Shown here in pieces: positions 16,750 to 25,490 of a DNA stretch of 59,506 nt. The stretch lies in the NCBI GenBank assembly GCA_015063395.1, contig SVUF01000002.1:1-59506 (forward strand), written 5' to 3'. Origin of the DNA: Oscillospiraceae bacterium (GTDB taxonomy: Bacteria; Bacillota; Clostridia; Oscillospirales; CAG-272). The notes beneath the pieces are model-generated. The model saw only the letters and a list, made by a program, of their open reading frames with translations, had not been told where the DNA came from and made no database searches. Position numbers and translations under genes: made by a program. Each line of letters begins with the position of its first letter. The stretch's first letter is position 1.

Positions 16750-17901
16750 TTAATCCTTACCGAAGAATTTTTTCAAAAAGCTTCCCTTTTTTCCAAAATT
16801 TTTGTTGGGATTTTTGTTGCATGTTTCTGCAAATTCACGCATCAGCTTTTTCTGAGCTGATGACATGGATTTTGGTATTTCAACAACAACTTTAAAATAC
16901 AAATTACCCTTGGATCTGCCGCCTATATTCTGTATTCCCTTTTGTCTGATCGTAAATTCAGTGCCGGTTTGTGTGCCTTCGGGAATATCGTATTTCTCCT
17001 TGCCCTCAAGTGTGGGAACCTCGATCTCTGCTCCAAGCGCTGCCTCGTAGAATGTGATGGGTATCTCACAGTAAAGATCATCTCCGCGGCGCTCAAACAG
17101 TGAATGGGGCTTTACATTAACAAGAATGAAAAGATCTCCCGCAGGTCCGCCGTTGCGTCCTTCATCTCCTTGACCTTGAAGCTTAAGGCTTCTTCCGTTA
17201 GCAATTCCCGCAGGAACTGTAACGGTAATATTCTTTCTGATCTTTATATATCCCTTACCCTTACAGCCACCGCAGGGATTCTTTATAACCTTACCTGTAC
17301 CGCGGCAATTCTGACAGGGAGCGGTAGACTGCATTGCTCCAAGTATAGTTCTCTGTACTGTGGTCACCTGTCCCGAGCCCTTACATACCGAGCAAGTCTC
17401 AGGAGTTGTTCCCTTCTCAGCACCGCTGCCCGAACAGTCGGGGCATTTTTCCACTCTTCCGTAGGAAATGTCCTTTTTAGTTCCAAAAGCAGACTCCTCA
17501 AAGGTTACAGTGATCTGTGTTTCAAGGTCATCTCCGCGGCGAGGTGCATTTCTTGAAGCACGGCGGCCTGATGTGCCCATTCCTCCGCCAAAGAATGAGC
17601 TGAATATGTCGGAGAAATCAAAGCCTTGACCTGAGAAGTCAAAGCCTCCTGCGCCTCCGCCCATTCCGCCGTTTTCAAATGCCGCGTGTCCCATTCTGTC
17701 ATACATGGATCTCTTTTCGGAATCCGAAAGAATGGCATACGCTTCATTTACTTCCTTGAATTTTGCTTCTGCCTCGGTGTCACCGGGGTTCATATCGGGG
17801 TGATATTTCTTTGCAAGTGTACGGTACGCCTTTTTTATCGCCGCTTCATCAGCGTCTTTTGTTATTCCAAGTACCTCGTAATAATCTCTTTTTTCTGCCA
17901 T
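16750..17901 (-). CDS. dnaJ: Molecular chaperone DnaJ (type I)
   Basis: J domain with HPD (KKYHPDMNP), G/F region, four CxxCxGxG zinc-finger repeats. Confidence 0.96.
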   Translation of the reverse strand: MAEKRDYYEVLGITKDADEAAIKKAYRTLAKKYHPDMNPGDTEAEAKFKEVNEAYAILSDSEKRSMYDRMGHAAFENGGMGGGAGGFDFSGQGFDFSDIFSSFFGGGMGTSGRRASRNAPRRGDDLETQITVTFEESAFGTKKDISYGRVEKCPDCSGSGAEKGTTPETCSVCKGSGQVTTVQRTILGAMQSTAPCQNCRGTGKVIKNPCGGCKGKGYIKIRKNITVTVPAGIANGRSLKLQGQGDEGRNGGPAGDLFILVNVKPHSLFERRGDDLYCEIPITFYEAALGAEIEVPTLEGKEKYDIPEGTQTGTEFTIRQKGIQNIGGRSKGNLYFKVVVEIPKSMSSAQKKLMREFAETCNKNPNKNFGKKGSFLKKFFGKD

Positions 17902-17928
17902 TTCGGTCGCACCTCAATCTGTTTACTA

Positions 17929-18390
17929 TTAGCAGTCCTTTCCGCAGGTACTGCAGTGGTCATCACAGCTGTCGCATGAATGTACATTGGCAGCGCGGCA
18001 ACGCTTTGCAAGATCGTTGTCAATTCCGTTTCTGTCATAATAATCAAGAAGCGCTGCCTTGATCGCTTCCTCTGCAAGAACTGAACAGTGGATCTTTACA
18101 GGGGGAAGACCGTCAAGAGCCTCTACAACCGCCTTGTTGGTAAGGTTTAATGCCTCTTCAAGACTTCTGCCCTTCACAAGCTCTGTTGCCATGCTGGAAG
18201 TTGCAATTGCAGCTCCGCATCCAAATGTCTTGAATTTTACATCAACGATCACATCGTTTTCTATTTTAAGATACATTTTCATGATATCTCCGCACTTCGC
18301 ATTACCAACCTCGCCAACACCGTCAGCGTTTTCGATCTCTCCCACATTACGGGGATTCATGAAATGGTCCATTACCTTTTCGCTATACAT
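17929..18390 (-). CDS. nifU: Fe-S cluster scaffold NifU/IscU-type with a Cys-rich C-terminal tail
   Basis: GNAKCGD, FKTFGCGAAIA, HCSVLA scaffold cysteines. Tail is CRAANVHSCDSCDDHCSTCGKDC. Confidence 0.92.
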   Translation of the reverse strand: MYSEKVMDHFMNPRNVGEIENADGVGEVGNAKCGDIMKMYLKIENDVIVDVKFKTFGCGAAIATSSMATELVKGRSLEEALNLTNKAVVEALDGLPPVKIHCSVLAEEAIKAALLDYYDRNGIDNDLAKRCRAANVHSCDSCDDHCSTCGKDC

Positions 18391-18429
18391 AACTTTTCTC
18401 CTTTATATTTATACTATAATTATCACTGA

Positions 18430-19593
18430 TTATTCATTCCACAAAGGACTCATTGCTCTGAGTCTTGACACTACCTTGGGAACACATTCAAGAATATAGT
18501 CTATGTCCTCATCAGTAGTTTCGTGAGTGATAGAAAGACGGAGGGATCCGTGAGCGTGCTCCACGGGAAGACCGATTGCAAGAAGCACGTGGGAGGGCTC
18601 AAGAGAACGGGATGAGCATGCAGATCCTGTTGACGCACAGATTCCCATGCTGTCAAGAAGCAGAAGAAGGCTTTCCCCTTCTATACATTCAAATGAGAAG
18701 TTCACGTTGCCGGGCAAACGCTTTTCCTCTGATCCGTTAAGTATGGATCTCGGGATCTTCTTAAGCTCTGTGATAAGTCTGTCCCGCTTTGCCTTTACGG
18801 CATCAAGTTCATCAAGTCTTCCGTCAGCAATTTCAAGTGCCTTTGCAAGTGCAAGTGCAAATGCAACATTTTCTGTACCGCCGCGGCGTCCCCTTTCCTG
18901 TCCGCCACCGTCAAGGAAATTGTGAACTCTTGTTCCTGTCTTGATATAGAGCGCTCCAATACCTTTAGGCGCATGGATCTTATGTCCCGAGAAGGAAAGC
19001 ATATCAACACCAAGGTCTGCAAGATCGATCTTTACGTTGCCGACAGCCTGTACAGCATCGGTAAAGCAAATAACCTTTTTTTCACGGCATACAGCTGCAA
19101 TTTCCTTGATAGGCTCAATTGTTCCGATCTCATTGTTTGCATACATAATCGCCACAAGAGTTGTGTCGGGTCTGATCGCCTCTCTGACCTGCTCTGCACT
19201 TACAAGTCCATCGGAGTCAACATCAAGATATGTCACCTCAAAGCCCTCTTTTTCAAGAGCCTCCATAGTATAAAGAACTGCATGATGCTCTATTTTAGTT
19301 GTTATAAGATGCTTACCCTTTTTAACATTGGCTCTTGCCGCACCCTTTATCGCCCAGTTGTCAGATTCCGAACCGCAGGAAGTAAAGAATATTTCTGTAG
19401 GCTTACAGTTGAGAACTCCTGCAATTTTAGCTCTTGCATCGTTGAGAGCCTTGTTTGCCTCCTGTCCTTTTTTATAAAGGCTTGAGGGGTTGCCGTACAT
19501 ACCGTCCTGCAAAAAGCATTCACGCATTACGTCCGCAACTTCGGGAAGCACAGGTGTGGTTGCCGCATTGTCTGCATATACAAATCTGCTCAT
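18430..19593 (-). CDS. nifS: Cysteine desulfurase NifS
   Basis: 387 aa. PLP lysine motif [12 protein letters not shown], active-site loop STGSACSS. Confidence 0.95.
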   Translation of the reverse strand: MSRFVYADNAATTPVLPEVADVMRECFLQDGMYGNPSSLYKKGQEANKALNDARAKIAGVLNCKPTEIFFTSCGSESDNWAIKGAARANVKKGKHLITTKIEHHAVLYTMEALEKEGFEVTYLDVDSDGLVSAEQVREAIRPDTTLVAIMYANNEIGTIEPIKEIAAVCREKKVICFTDAVQAVGNVKIDLADLGVDMLSFSGHKIHAPKGIGALYIKTGTRVHNFLDGGGQERGRRGGTENVAFALALAKALEIADGRLDELDAVKAKRDRLITELKKIPRSILNGSEEKRLPGNVNFSFECIEGESLLLLLDSMGICASTGSACSSRSLEPSHVLLAIGLPVEHAHGSLRLSITHETTDEDIDYILECVPKVVSRLRAMSPLWNE

Positions 19594-19631
19594 ATTTCTA
19601 CCTCAAATCTACTTTCTGTATAATTACGATT

Positions 19632-20078
19632 TTATTTACTGTTTTTAAATTTTTCTGCCTCTGCAACAGCAAGCCTGTCGCATCTTTCATTATACGGGTG
19701 ACCGTTATGACCCTTTACCCATACGAAAGTCACCTTATGGACCTCCAAAAGCTCAAGCAGCTTCTGCCAAAGCTCAGGGTTGAGAGCGGGCTTTTTGTCG
19801 GATTTGATCCAATTGTTTTTTCGCCAACCTGCCGCCCATCCCTTTGTAATTCCGTCCACGAGATACTTAGAATCAGAATACAGAGTTACCTCACAGGGAT
19901 ATTTCAAAGCCTCAAGACCTGCAATAGCTCCTGACAGCTCCATTCTGTTATTGGTCGTTACAGCTTCTCCTCCGGATATTTCCTTTTCAATTCCGCCGTA
20001 CACAATGATCGTGCCAAATCCACCGGGACCGGGGTTACCGCTGCAAGCACCGTCGGAATATATGTCAATATGCTTCAT
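19632..20078 (-). CDS. rnhA: Ribonuclease HI
   Basis: 148 aa. [24 protein letters not shown], and C-terminal [11 protein letters not shown] motifs. Confidence 0.93.
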   Translation of the reverse strand: MKHIDIYSDGACSGNPGPGGFGTIIVYGGIEKEISGGEAVTTNNRMELSGAIAGLEALKYPCEVTLYSDSKYLVDGITKGWAAGWRKNNWIKSDKKPALNPELWQKLLELLEVHKVTFVWVKGHNGHPYNERCDRLAVAEAEKFKNSK

Positions 20079-20110
20079 AAAAACCCCTCTCCTTCAGACT
20101 CATAAAAATC

Positions 20111-20139
20111 ATTGTATCAAATTTTTATCAAATATTCAA
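20111..20139 (-). promoter_or_regulatory. Promoter for the rnhA-nifS-nifU-dnaJ-prmA string (TTGAAT, 17 nt, TGATACAAT extended -10)
   Basis: Read on the minus strand: -35 at 20134..20139, -10 at 20111..20116 preceded by TG. Confidence 0.5.
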
Positions 20140-20557
20140 TAGTTTTCTGCAAATATTTTATTTTTTTAGTATCTAAAAGGTCATTTATTCGTAATATCTC
20201 AAATCTCTAAACTATCCTCATTTACTTTCATTGAAAGTATACACTATATTATTTATCTATTTTAGTTTATTTAATGAACATATTGTAAAAATTAGCAGTC
20301 ATCAAAGTCGAGTGCTAATTATCCTTTCTGTATTTCACTTCACCCTTCTCTTTTCACTTCCCAAACTATTAAATTCCCGCTTCATACAATAACAACATCA
20401 TGCACGTTTTGACAACAGTTTTGGTAACCATTTCATTGATTGTATGGTAATCACACCTTATATATCCAATTAATTTGCGAGTTTTTCAATATACAAAAAA
20501 CGCGCCCGTTAAAATGCACAAAACCGTATGATGCAAGTCTTTTTTAATTGCATAGTA

Positions 20558-20586
20558 TTGACAACGATATCAAAATAGGTTATAAT
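20558..20586 (+). promoter_or_regulatory. Consensus promoter (TTGACA, 17 nt, TATAAT) for the paralogue array
   Basis: Perfect hexamers and spacing, 65 nt upstream of the ATG at 20652. Confidence 0.65.
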
Positions 20587-20651
20587 AAACTAAAGTAAAA
20601 TTGCTTAAGTATGGAGAAAATAAGCAAAATAAAACACAAAGGAGATCCAAA

Positions 20652-22040
20652 ATGAAAAAAACGATCAAAATCGCCATTATCCTTACTCTTGTAGCGATAT
20701 TGGCAACCGCACCCGTATCAAGCGCGTTTGCGGCAAACTACATGGCATACAATATTTACTCCGACCCTGTGACCACAGGAACGAGCGGTAAATTCGACAC
20801 ATTTACAATTGAATTCCGCGGTGTGCAGACTCCCAATTATACATATTGGGCTCTTGCCAACTTCGGTCTTGACCTCAGCTCCATCAAAACAATGCAGAAG
20901 TTCCCTGCAATTTCAGGCGGCGGAGCATATGCAGGTCTTCAGAACAGAGATCCCCAAAGAGGTAAGGCAGCTATCATGTCATTCTGGGAAATGAGATACA
21001 TGGGCACAAAGATCCATAACGTAAAGCAGATGTATCCCGAAGGTGACACCAACTTTACAGGTGAAGGCGAAGGAAAGAGCTGTATCGTTCCTTTCCATTG
21101 GGATGACAACACATGGTACCGTATGGTTATTCATACTTGGGAAGACGTTGAAAACGGCACAACATTTGCAGGTCAGTGGTTCCAGAACATGGCTACAGGC
21201 GAATGGACTCTCACAATTGTTTATGATACACAGATATATGATTCCTGCTTCAAGGGCGGTATGGGTCTTTTCCAGGAGAACTACATCAAAACCTATGAGG
21301 ACGAAAGAGAATTCAACACAAAGAATATTTACGCAGTTGACCACAAAACAAAGGAATGGGTTTCCCTCGCAACTTGTAATGTAAGCTACGGTAACGGCGG
21401 CGGCGACAACAAGGCAGGCGCACATTCATTCGGTGCAACAGAAGAGTACTTCTGGGGCAAGGCAGGCGGAACTGTTGAAGATCAGGAACAGTACGAAAAG
21501 GATGCCATTAAGTCACAGAGACTTACAATCAAGCAGCCCGCAACTCCCACATTCACAACTCCCGAGCTTACAAAGCTAACAGTTGACGGAACAAAGGTAT
21601 CATGGGAGCTTTCCAAGACAGGTATGCCCCAGCTTTCCTACAAGCTCGACGTAATTGACACGGCAGGAAAGACAATTTTCTCAAAGGAACAGACACGTCC
21701 CGAAGTAACTTCAACTACTCTTGAAGGCGTTGACACAGATGCTTACAAGGTAGTTCTTACAGTAACAGATCTCTTCGGAAAAACAACTACAAAGGAATAT
21801 GCTACAGAAGCTTTCCTTACAGCAACACCCACTCCCACTCCCGAGCCCACTCCCGCACCCGAAACAACAACACCTGCTGATACAGAAGCTCCTGCAGCAA
21901 CAGAAGCTCCCGCAACAGCACCTGACACATCTGTTGTCGAGCCCAAGCCCAACAATACAGGTATCATCGTTGCAGTAGCAGCAGTTGCAGTTGTAGTAAT
22001 CGGAGGCGTTGTATTCTTCGTTATGAAGAAAAAGAAATAA
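20652..22040 (+). CDS. Surface-anchored uncharacterised protein, paralogue 1 (possibly DUF3472-like domain + Ig-like domain + PT linker + TM-KKKK)
   Basis: Start moved to the ATG after RBS AAAGGAG (ORF track: TTG at 20601). Signal peptide MKKTIKIAIILTLVAILATAPVSSAFA. Conserved blocks GGGAYAGLQN, FWEM, GEGEG, WYRM. Confidence 0.8.
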   Translation: MKKTIKIAIILTLVAILATAPVSSAFAANYMAYNIYSDPVTTGTSGKFDTFTIEFRGVQTPNYTYWALANFGLDLSSIKTMQKFPAISGGGAYAGLQNRDPQRGKAAIMSFWEMRYMGTKIHNVKQMYPEGDTNFTGEGEGKSCIVPFHWDDNTWYRMVIHTWEDVENGTTFAGQWFQNMATGEWTLTIVYDTQIYDSCFKGGMGLFQENYIKTYEDEREFNTKNIYAVDHKTKEWVSLATCNVSYGNGGGDNKAGAHSFGATEEYFWGKAGGTVEDQEQYEKDAIKSQRLTIKQPATPTFTTPELTKLTVDGTKVSWELSKTGMPQLSYKLDVIDTAGKTIFSKEQTRPEVTSTTLEGVDTDAYKVVLTVTDLFGKTTTKEYATEAFLTATPTPTPEPTPAPETTTPADTEAPAATEAPATAPDTSVVEPKPNNTGIIVAVAAVAVVVIGGVVFFVMKKKK

Positions 22041-22085
22041 AATCTCATAAGTACTGATATAAATCATAAAGAAAGAGGTATACTC

Positions 22086-23501
22086 ATGAAAAAAAGAATT
22101 TTCAAATCAATACTTGCTCTTGCAATATTGACACTTATGCTTACATCAACATCAGTGGGCGTATTTGCAGATGACGTTGATTATATGGCATACAACATAT
22201 ATCTTGACCCCGATCTTTCCAAAACAAGCAGACAGTTTGACACATATACAATCGAATTCCGCGGTGTTAAAACACCTTATCTTACATATTGGGCACTTTG
22301 TAACTTTGGACTTGGATTTTCCGAGGAAACAAAAGCAATGTACCCCTCAATTTCAGGAGGCGGTGCTTATGCAGGTCTCCAGAACAGAGATGAAGCCAAG
22401 GGTAAAAGCTCAAGAGCTCTCATTATGGCTTTCTGGGAAATGACATATCTTGACAAAAACACAGGTGAAAAGACAATCCTTCGTGCTGCAAGACAGTATC
22501 CCGACGGAGAAGAAAGCAACTTCGGCGGAGAAGGCGAAGGAACCAACCACATCAGACCATATTGGTGGGACGACGACACCTGGTACCGCATGTATCTCCA
22601 CTGCTGGACCGACGAAGTAACAGGAAACACATTTGTAGGTCAGTGGTTTGAAAACATGTCAACGGGCGAATGGACCATCGGTTCTGTATTTGATACCAAG
22701 CTCAAGAACGGTTGGCTCAGAGGCGGACTTTCGCTTTTCCAGGAAAACTTTGTAAATGACTACAAAAAAGAAAGATCATTCAACGTAAAGAACCTTTATG
22801 CAGTTGACCATCAGACAAAGGAATGGGTTTCTCTTGCAACAGGAACTCTCAGCTACGGTGACGGCGGTGCTCCCAATAAAGCAGGCGCTCATACATTCGG
22901 AGCAACTGACGAGTATTTCTGGGGAGAAGCAGGCGGTGAGGTTGAAAATCAGGTACTCTATGAGGCACAATCAGTAAAATCTCAGAAATATACCATTACT
23001 CAGCCCGAAAAGCCCACATTTGAAGGCACGATCAGCGTCAAAAAGGTTGGCGAAAAAGTCGTTGATACACGTACAAAGGAAAAGGTTCTGTTCTGGAGTC
23101 TGGACACAACAAGTACACCTCAGATGTCATATGAATTCACGGCATTTGACGAAAGCGGCAAGGAGATCTACACAGAATCCGCGAACCGCCCCTACGTTAA
23201 TACCTGCGCATTCAAGGATATCGGAACAGAGGTATTCACATATAAGCTTACCCTCACAGACCTCTTTGGCAACAAGACAACCACCGAAGGCGCTTCCAAG
23301 GAATACAAAAAGCTTCACCCCGAAGACACAACAGTAACCGATACCCCCGCATCAACTGAAACAGCCGCTCCCACAGCTGAGCCCACAACAACTCCCGCAG
23401 GTCTTCCCACAGGCGCAATCATCGGAATTATCGCAGGCGCAGTTGTTCTGGTTGGCGCAGTAATTGCGGTTGTATTCGTTGCAAAAAAGAAAAAGAAATA
23501 A
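22086..23501 (+). CDS. Surface-anchored uncharacterised protein, paralogue 2
   Basis: Signal peptide MKKRIFKSILALAILTLMLTSTSVGVFA. Same conserved blocks as paralogue 1. C-terminus is LPTGAIIGIIAGAVVLVGAVIAVVFVAKKKKK. Confidence 0.8.
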   Translation: MKKRIFKSILALAILTLMLTSTSVGVFADDVDYMAYNIYLDPDLSKTSRQFDTYTIEFRGVKTPYLTYWALCNFGLGFSEETKAMYPSISGGGAYAGLQNRDEAKGKSSRALIMAFWEMTYLDKNTGEKTILRAARQYPDGEESNFGGEGEGTNHIRPYWWDDDTWYRMYLHCWTDEVTGNTFVGQWFENMSTGEWTIGSVFDTKLKNGWLRGGLSLFQENFVNDYKKERSFNVKNLYAVDHQTKEWVSLATGTLSYGDGGAPNKAGAHTFGATDEYFWGEAGGEVENQVLYEAQSVKSQKYTITQPEKPTFEGTISVKKVGEKVVDTRTKEKVLFWSLDTTSTPQMSYEFTAFDESGKEIYTESANRPYVNTCAFKDIGTEVFTYKLTLTDLFGNKTTTEGASKEYKKLHPEDTTVTDTPASTETAAPTAEPTTTPAGLPTGAIIGIIAGAVVLVGAVIAVVFVAKKKKK

Positions 23502-23627
23502 TAATTTGTAATTCATAATGGGCTTTGCCCGGCGCTATAAGATTTTATAAAGGGGCTGCAGTTTACTCTTCACGCCCCTTCAATAAGCTTACAGCTAAAA
23601 TACCTTAATAAAAAGGAGACGATTATC

Positions 23628-24962
23628 ATGGCAAACAATCAGAATAAGCCAATTGCAACAAAAATGGCTTATAACATTTATTCAAATCCCGATTTATCCA
23701 AAACAAGCCGTCAGTTTGATGCGTTTACCATTGAATTCCGCGGAACAAAGACACCTTATCTCACATATTGGGCTCTTTGTAATTTCGGTCTTGGATTCAC
23801 ACCCGAAACACAGGCTCTCTTCCCCGAGATCAAGGGCGGCGGTGCCTATGCGGGACTTCAGAACGTAGACAAGGCAAAGGGCAGAAAAGCAATTATGGCT
23901 TTCTGGGAAATGGCTTACAAGGATGCAGAAACAGGAGAGGATAAGATCCTTACAGCTTCAAGAGTTTACCCAAGAGGTGAAAACACATTTGGCGGTGAAG
24001 GCGAAGGCACAAACTGCATCAGAAACTATGAATGGCATGACAACAAATGGTACCGTATGCTTCTTCGTACATGGGAAGACGCTGAAAGAGGTACAACATT
24101 TGTAGGTCAGTGGGTTGAAGAAAAGGAAACAGGAAAGTGGACTCTCATTTCCTACTTTGATACACACCTCAAGGATTCCTACCTCAAAGGCGCTATGTCA
24201 CTTTTCCAGGAAAACTTCGTAAATGACTGCTACAACGTAAGAGAATTCAACGCAAAGGCAATGTATGTTGTTGACCATGAAACAAAGGAATGGGTATCCC
24301 TTGATACAACAACCATTCAGTATGGCAACGGCGGCGCCGACAACAAGGAAGGTGGACATGACTTTGGCGCAAACGAAGAATTCTTCTGGGGACAGGCAGG
24401 CGGCGAGGTTAAGGATCAGGAAGCTTACAACGCCGTTTCCAAGGACAAGGAAACAGTAACCATCATTCAGGCAGCAGAGCCCGAATTCGGTGTTCCCGCT
24501 CTTGAGATCGTTAATATCAAGAATAAGAGCGCATTCACAAAGGATAAGCTCGTTGCTTGGGGTCTTGCAGACAATTCAACACCTCAGCTTGAATATAAGG
24601 TTCAGGTATTTGACATCGAAGGAAACGAGATCTTCACAAAATCAGAAACTCGTCCCGAGGTTACATGCTGTATACTCGAAGGCGTTGAGACAGATGTTTA
24701 CAGATGCCGCATCACAGTAACAGACATTTTCGGAAACGAAACAGTTCTTGAAAAGGGTACAAAGGAATATGAGTATGCACTCTGCCCCGAGCTTGCTGAG
24801 ATCGAAGCAGAAGAAGAGGCAGCAAAGGCAGTTGCTCCCGCTAAGAAGACACTTTCCAAGGAAGCAAAGACAGGTCTTATCGTTGCAGGTTCAGTGGCAG
24901 CCGCAGCTCTTATCGGCGCAGCAGTTGCAGGAATCATTGTTTACAACAAAAAGAAGAAATAA
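23628..24962 (+). CDS. Paralogue 3 of the same family; no N-terminal signal peptide but retains the C-terminal TM-KKKK
   Basis: Strong RBS AAAAGGAG 8 nt before the ATG. N-terminus MANNQNKPIATK runs straight into the conserved MAYNIYS block. Confidence 0.8.
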   Translation: MANNQNKPIATKMAYNIYSNPDLSKTSRQFDAFTIEFRGTKTPYLTYWALCNFGLGFTPETQALFPEIKGGGAYAGLQNVDKAKGRKAIMAFWEMAYKDAETGEDKILTASRVYPRGENTFGGEGEGTNCIRNYEWHDNKWYRMLLRTWEDAERGTTFVGQWVEEKETGKWTLISYFDTHLKDSYLKGAMSLFQENFVNDCYNVREFNAKAMYVVDHETKEWVSLDTTTIQYGNGGADNKEGGHDFGANEEFFWGQAGGEVKDQEAYNAVSKDKETVTIIQAAEPEFGVPALEIVNIKNKSAFTKDKLVAWGLADNSTPQLEYKVQVFDIEGNEIFTKSETRPEVTCCILEGVETDVYRCRITVTDIFGNETVLEKGTKEYEYALCPELAEIEAEEEAAKAVAPAKKTLSKEAKTGLIVAGSVAAAALIGAAVAGIIVYNKKKK

Positions 24963-24996
24963 TTAAATTATAACCTAAAACCGAAAATCCCTTGAT

Positions 24997-25029
24997 AAGC
25001 AATCGACTTTAAAACTCGATTGCTTTTTT
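24997..25029 (+). terminator. Rho-independent terminator after the paralogue array
   Basis: AAGCAATCGA / TCGATTGCTT 10-bp stem, 9-nt loop, followed by a T-run. Confidence 0.8.
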
Positions 25030-25036
25030 AATTTAT

Positions 25037-25076
25037 AGGAAATTGTTTAATGTTAAAGTAGAAAAAATTCAAAAAG
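25037..25076 (+). repeat. 40-nt AT-rich box directly upstream of the tRNA-Val promoter; second copy at 17..56
   Basis: Ungapped by-eye alignment gives 34 of 40 identical positions. Confidence 0.6.
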
Positions 25077-25079
25077 CTC

Positions 25080-25108
25080 TTGACAAAACTGAAATCAAGT
25101 GGTATAAT
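25080..25108 (+). promoter_or_regulatory. Consensus promoter (TTGACA, 17 nt, TATAAT) for tRNA-Val
   Basis: -35 at 25080..25085, -10 at 25103..25108, 11 nt before tRNA position 1. Confidence 0.75.
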
Positions 25109-25119
25109 ACAGGAGATGT

Positions 25120-25195
25120 GGGAGCATAGCTCAGTTGGGAGAGCATCTGCCTTACAAGCAGAGGGTCATAGGTTCGAGCCCTATTGTTCCCACCA
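25120..25195 (+). tRNA. tRNA-Val (anticodon UAC), CCA encoded
   Basis: Manual cloverleaf. Acceptor GGGAGCA/TGTTCCC, D arm GCTC..GAGC, anticodon stem TCTGC/GCAGA with loop CTTACAA, T arm ATAGG TTCGAGC CCTAT, then ACCA. Confidence 0.93.
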
Positions 25196-25227
25196 TTTTT
25201 ATTATCATTTTAAAATTCAATATAAAA

Positions 25228-25457
25228 CGATGATGAAGAGTAGTAGGTTGCGCCTTGACACACAGAGAGAAGATGGTTGGTGAAAATCTTTTGTCAGCAA
25301 TACTGAAGTCGCTTCTGAGTGCGAAAAGAACGGCTTTTGCCCTGTAGACTTCGCCGGTGTGATCCACCGTTAAAACAATCTCAAAGTGCGCTTATGCGAA
25401 CTTAGGTGGTACCGCGGTAATTCGCCCTAAGACTTGGTCTTAGGGTTTATTTTTTTA
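25228..25457 (+). promoter_or_regulatory. T-box riboswitch leader, specifier GUC (Val), controlling valS
   Basis: GATGA/AGTA and AGAGAGA stem I elements, GGTGAAAA distal motif, specifier context GAA-GTC-G (25308..25310), T-box core AGGTGGTACCGCGG (25404..25417), terminator. Confidence 0.88.
25424..25457 (+). terminator. T-box expression-platform terminator
   Basis: CCCTAAGAC-TTG-GTCTTAGGG stem followed by TTTATTTTTTT. Confidence 0.85.
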
Positions 25458-25490
25458 TAAATATAATTTTATATAAACGGAGTTGAAATC

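Noticed and set aside
20601-20651. TTG start at 20601 for paralogue 1 (17 extra residues MLKYGENKQNKTQRRSK)
   Set aside because: It would begin only 15 nt downstream of the -10 hexamer and has no RBS. The ATG at 20652 has AAAGGAG at optimal spacing and yields a canonical signal peptide like that of paralogue 2.
25080-25367. ORFs 25080..25283 (+) and 25152..25367 (-) across the tRNA/T-box region
   Set aside because: They overlap a tRNA with a complete cloverleaf and a T-box leader with all conserved elements, so coding is implausible.
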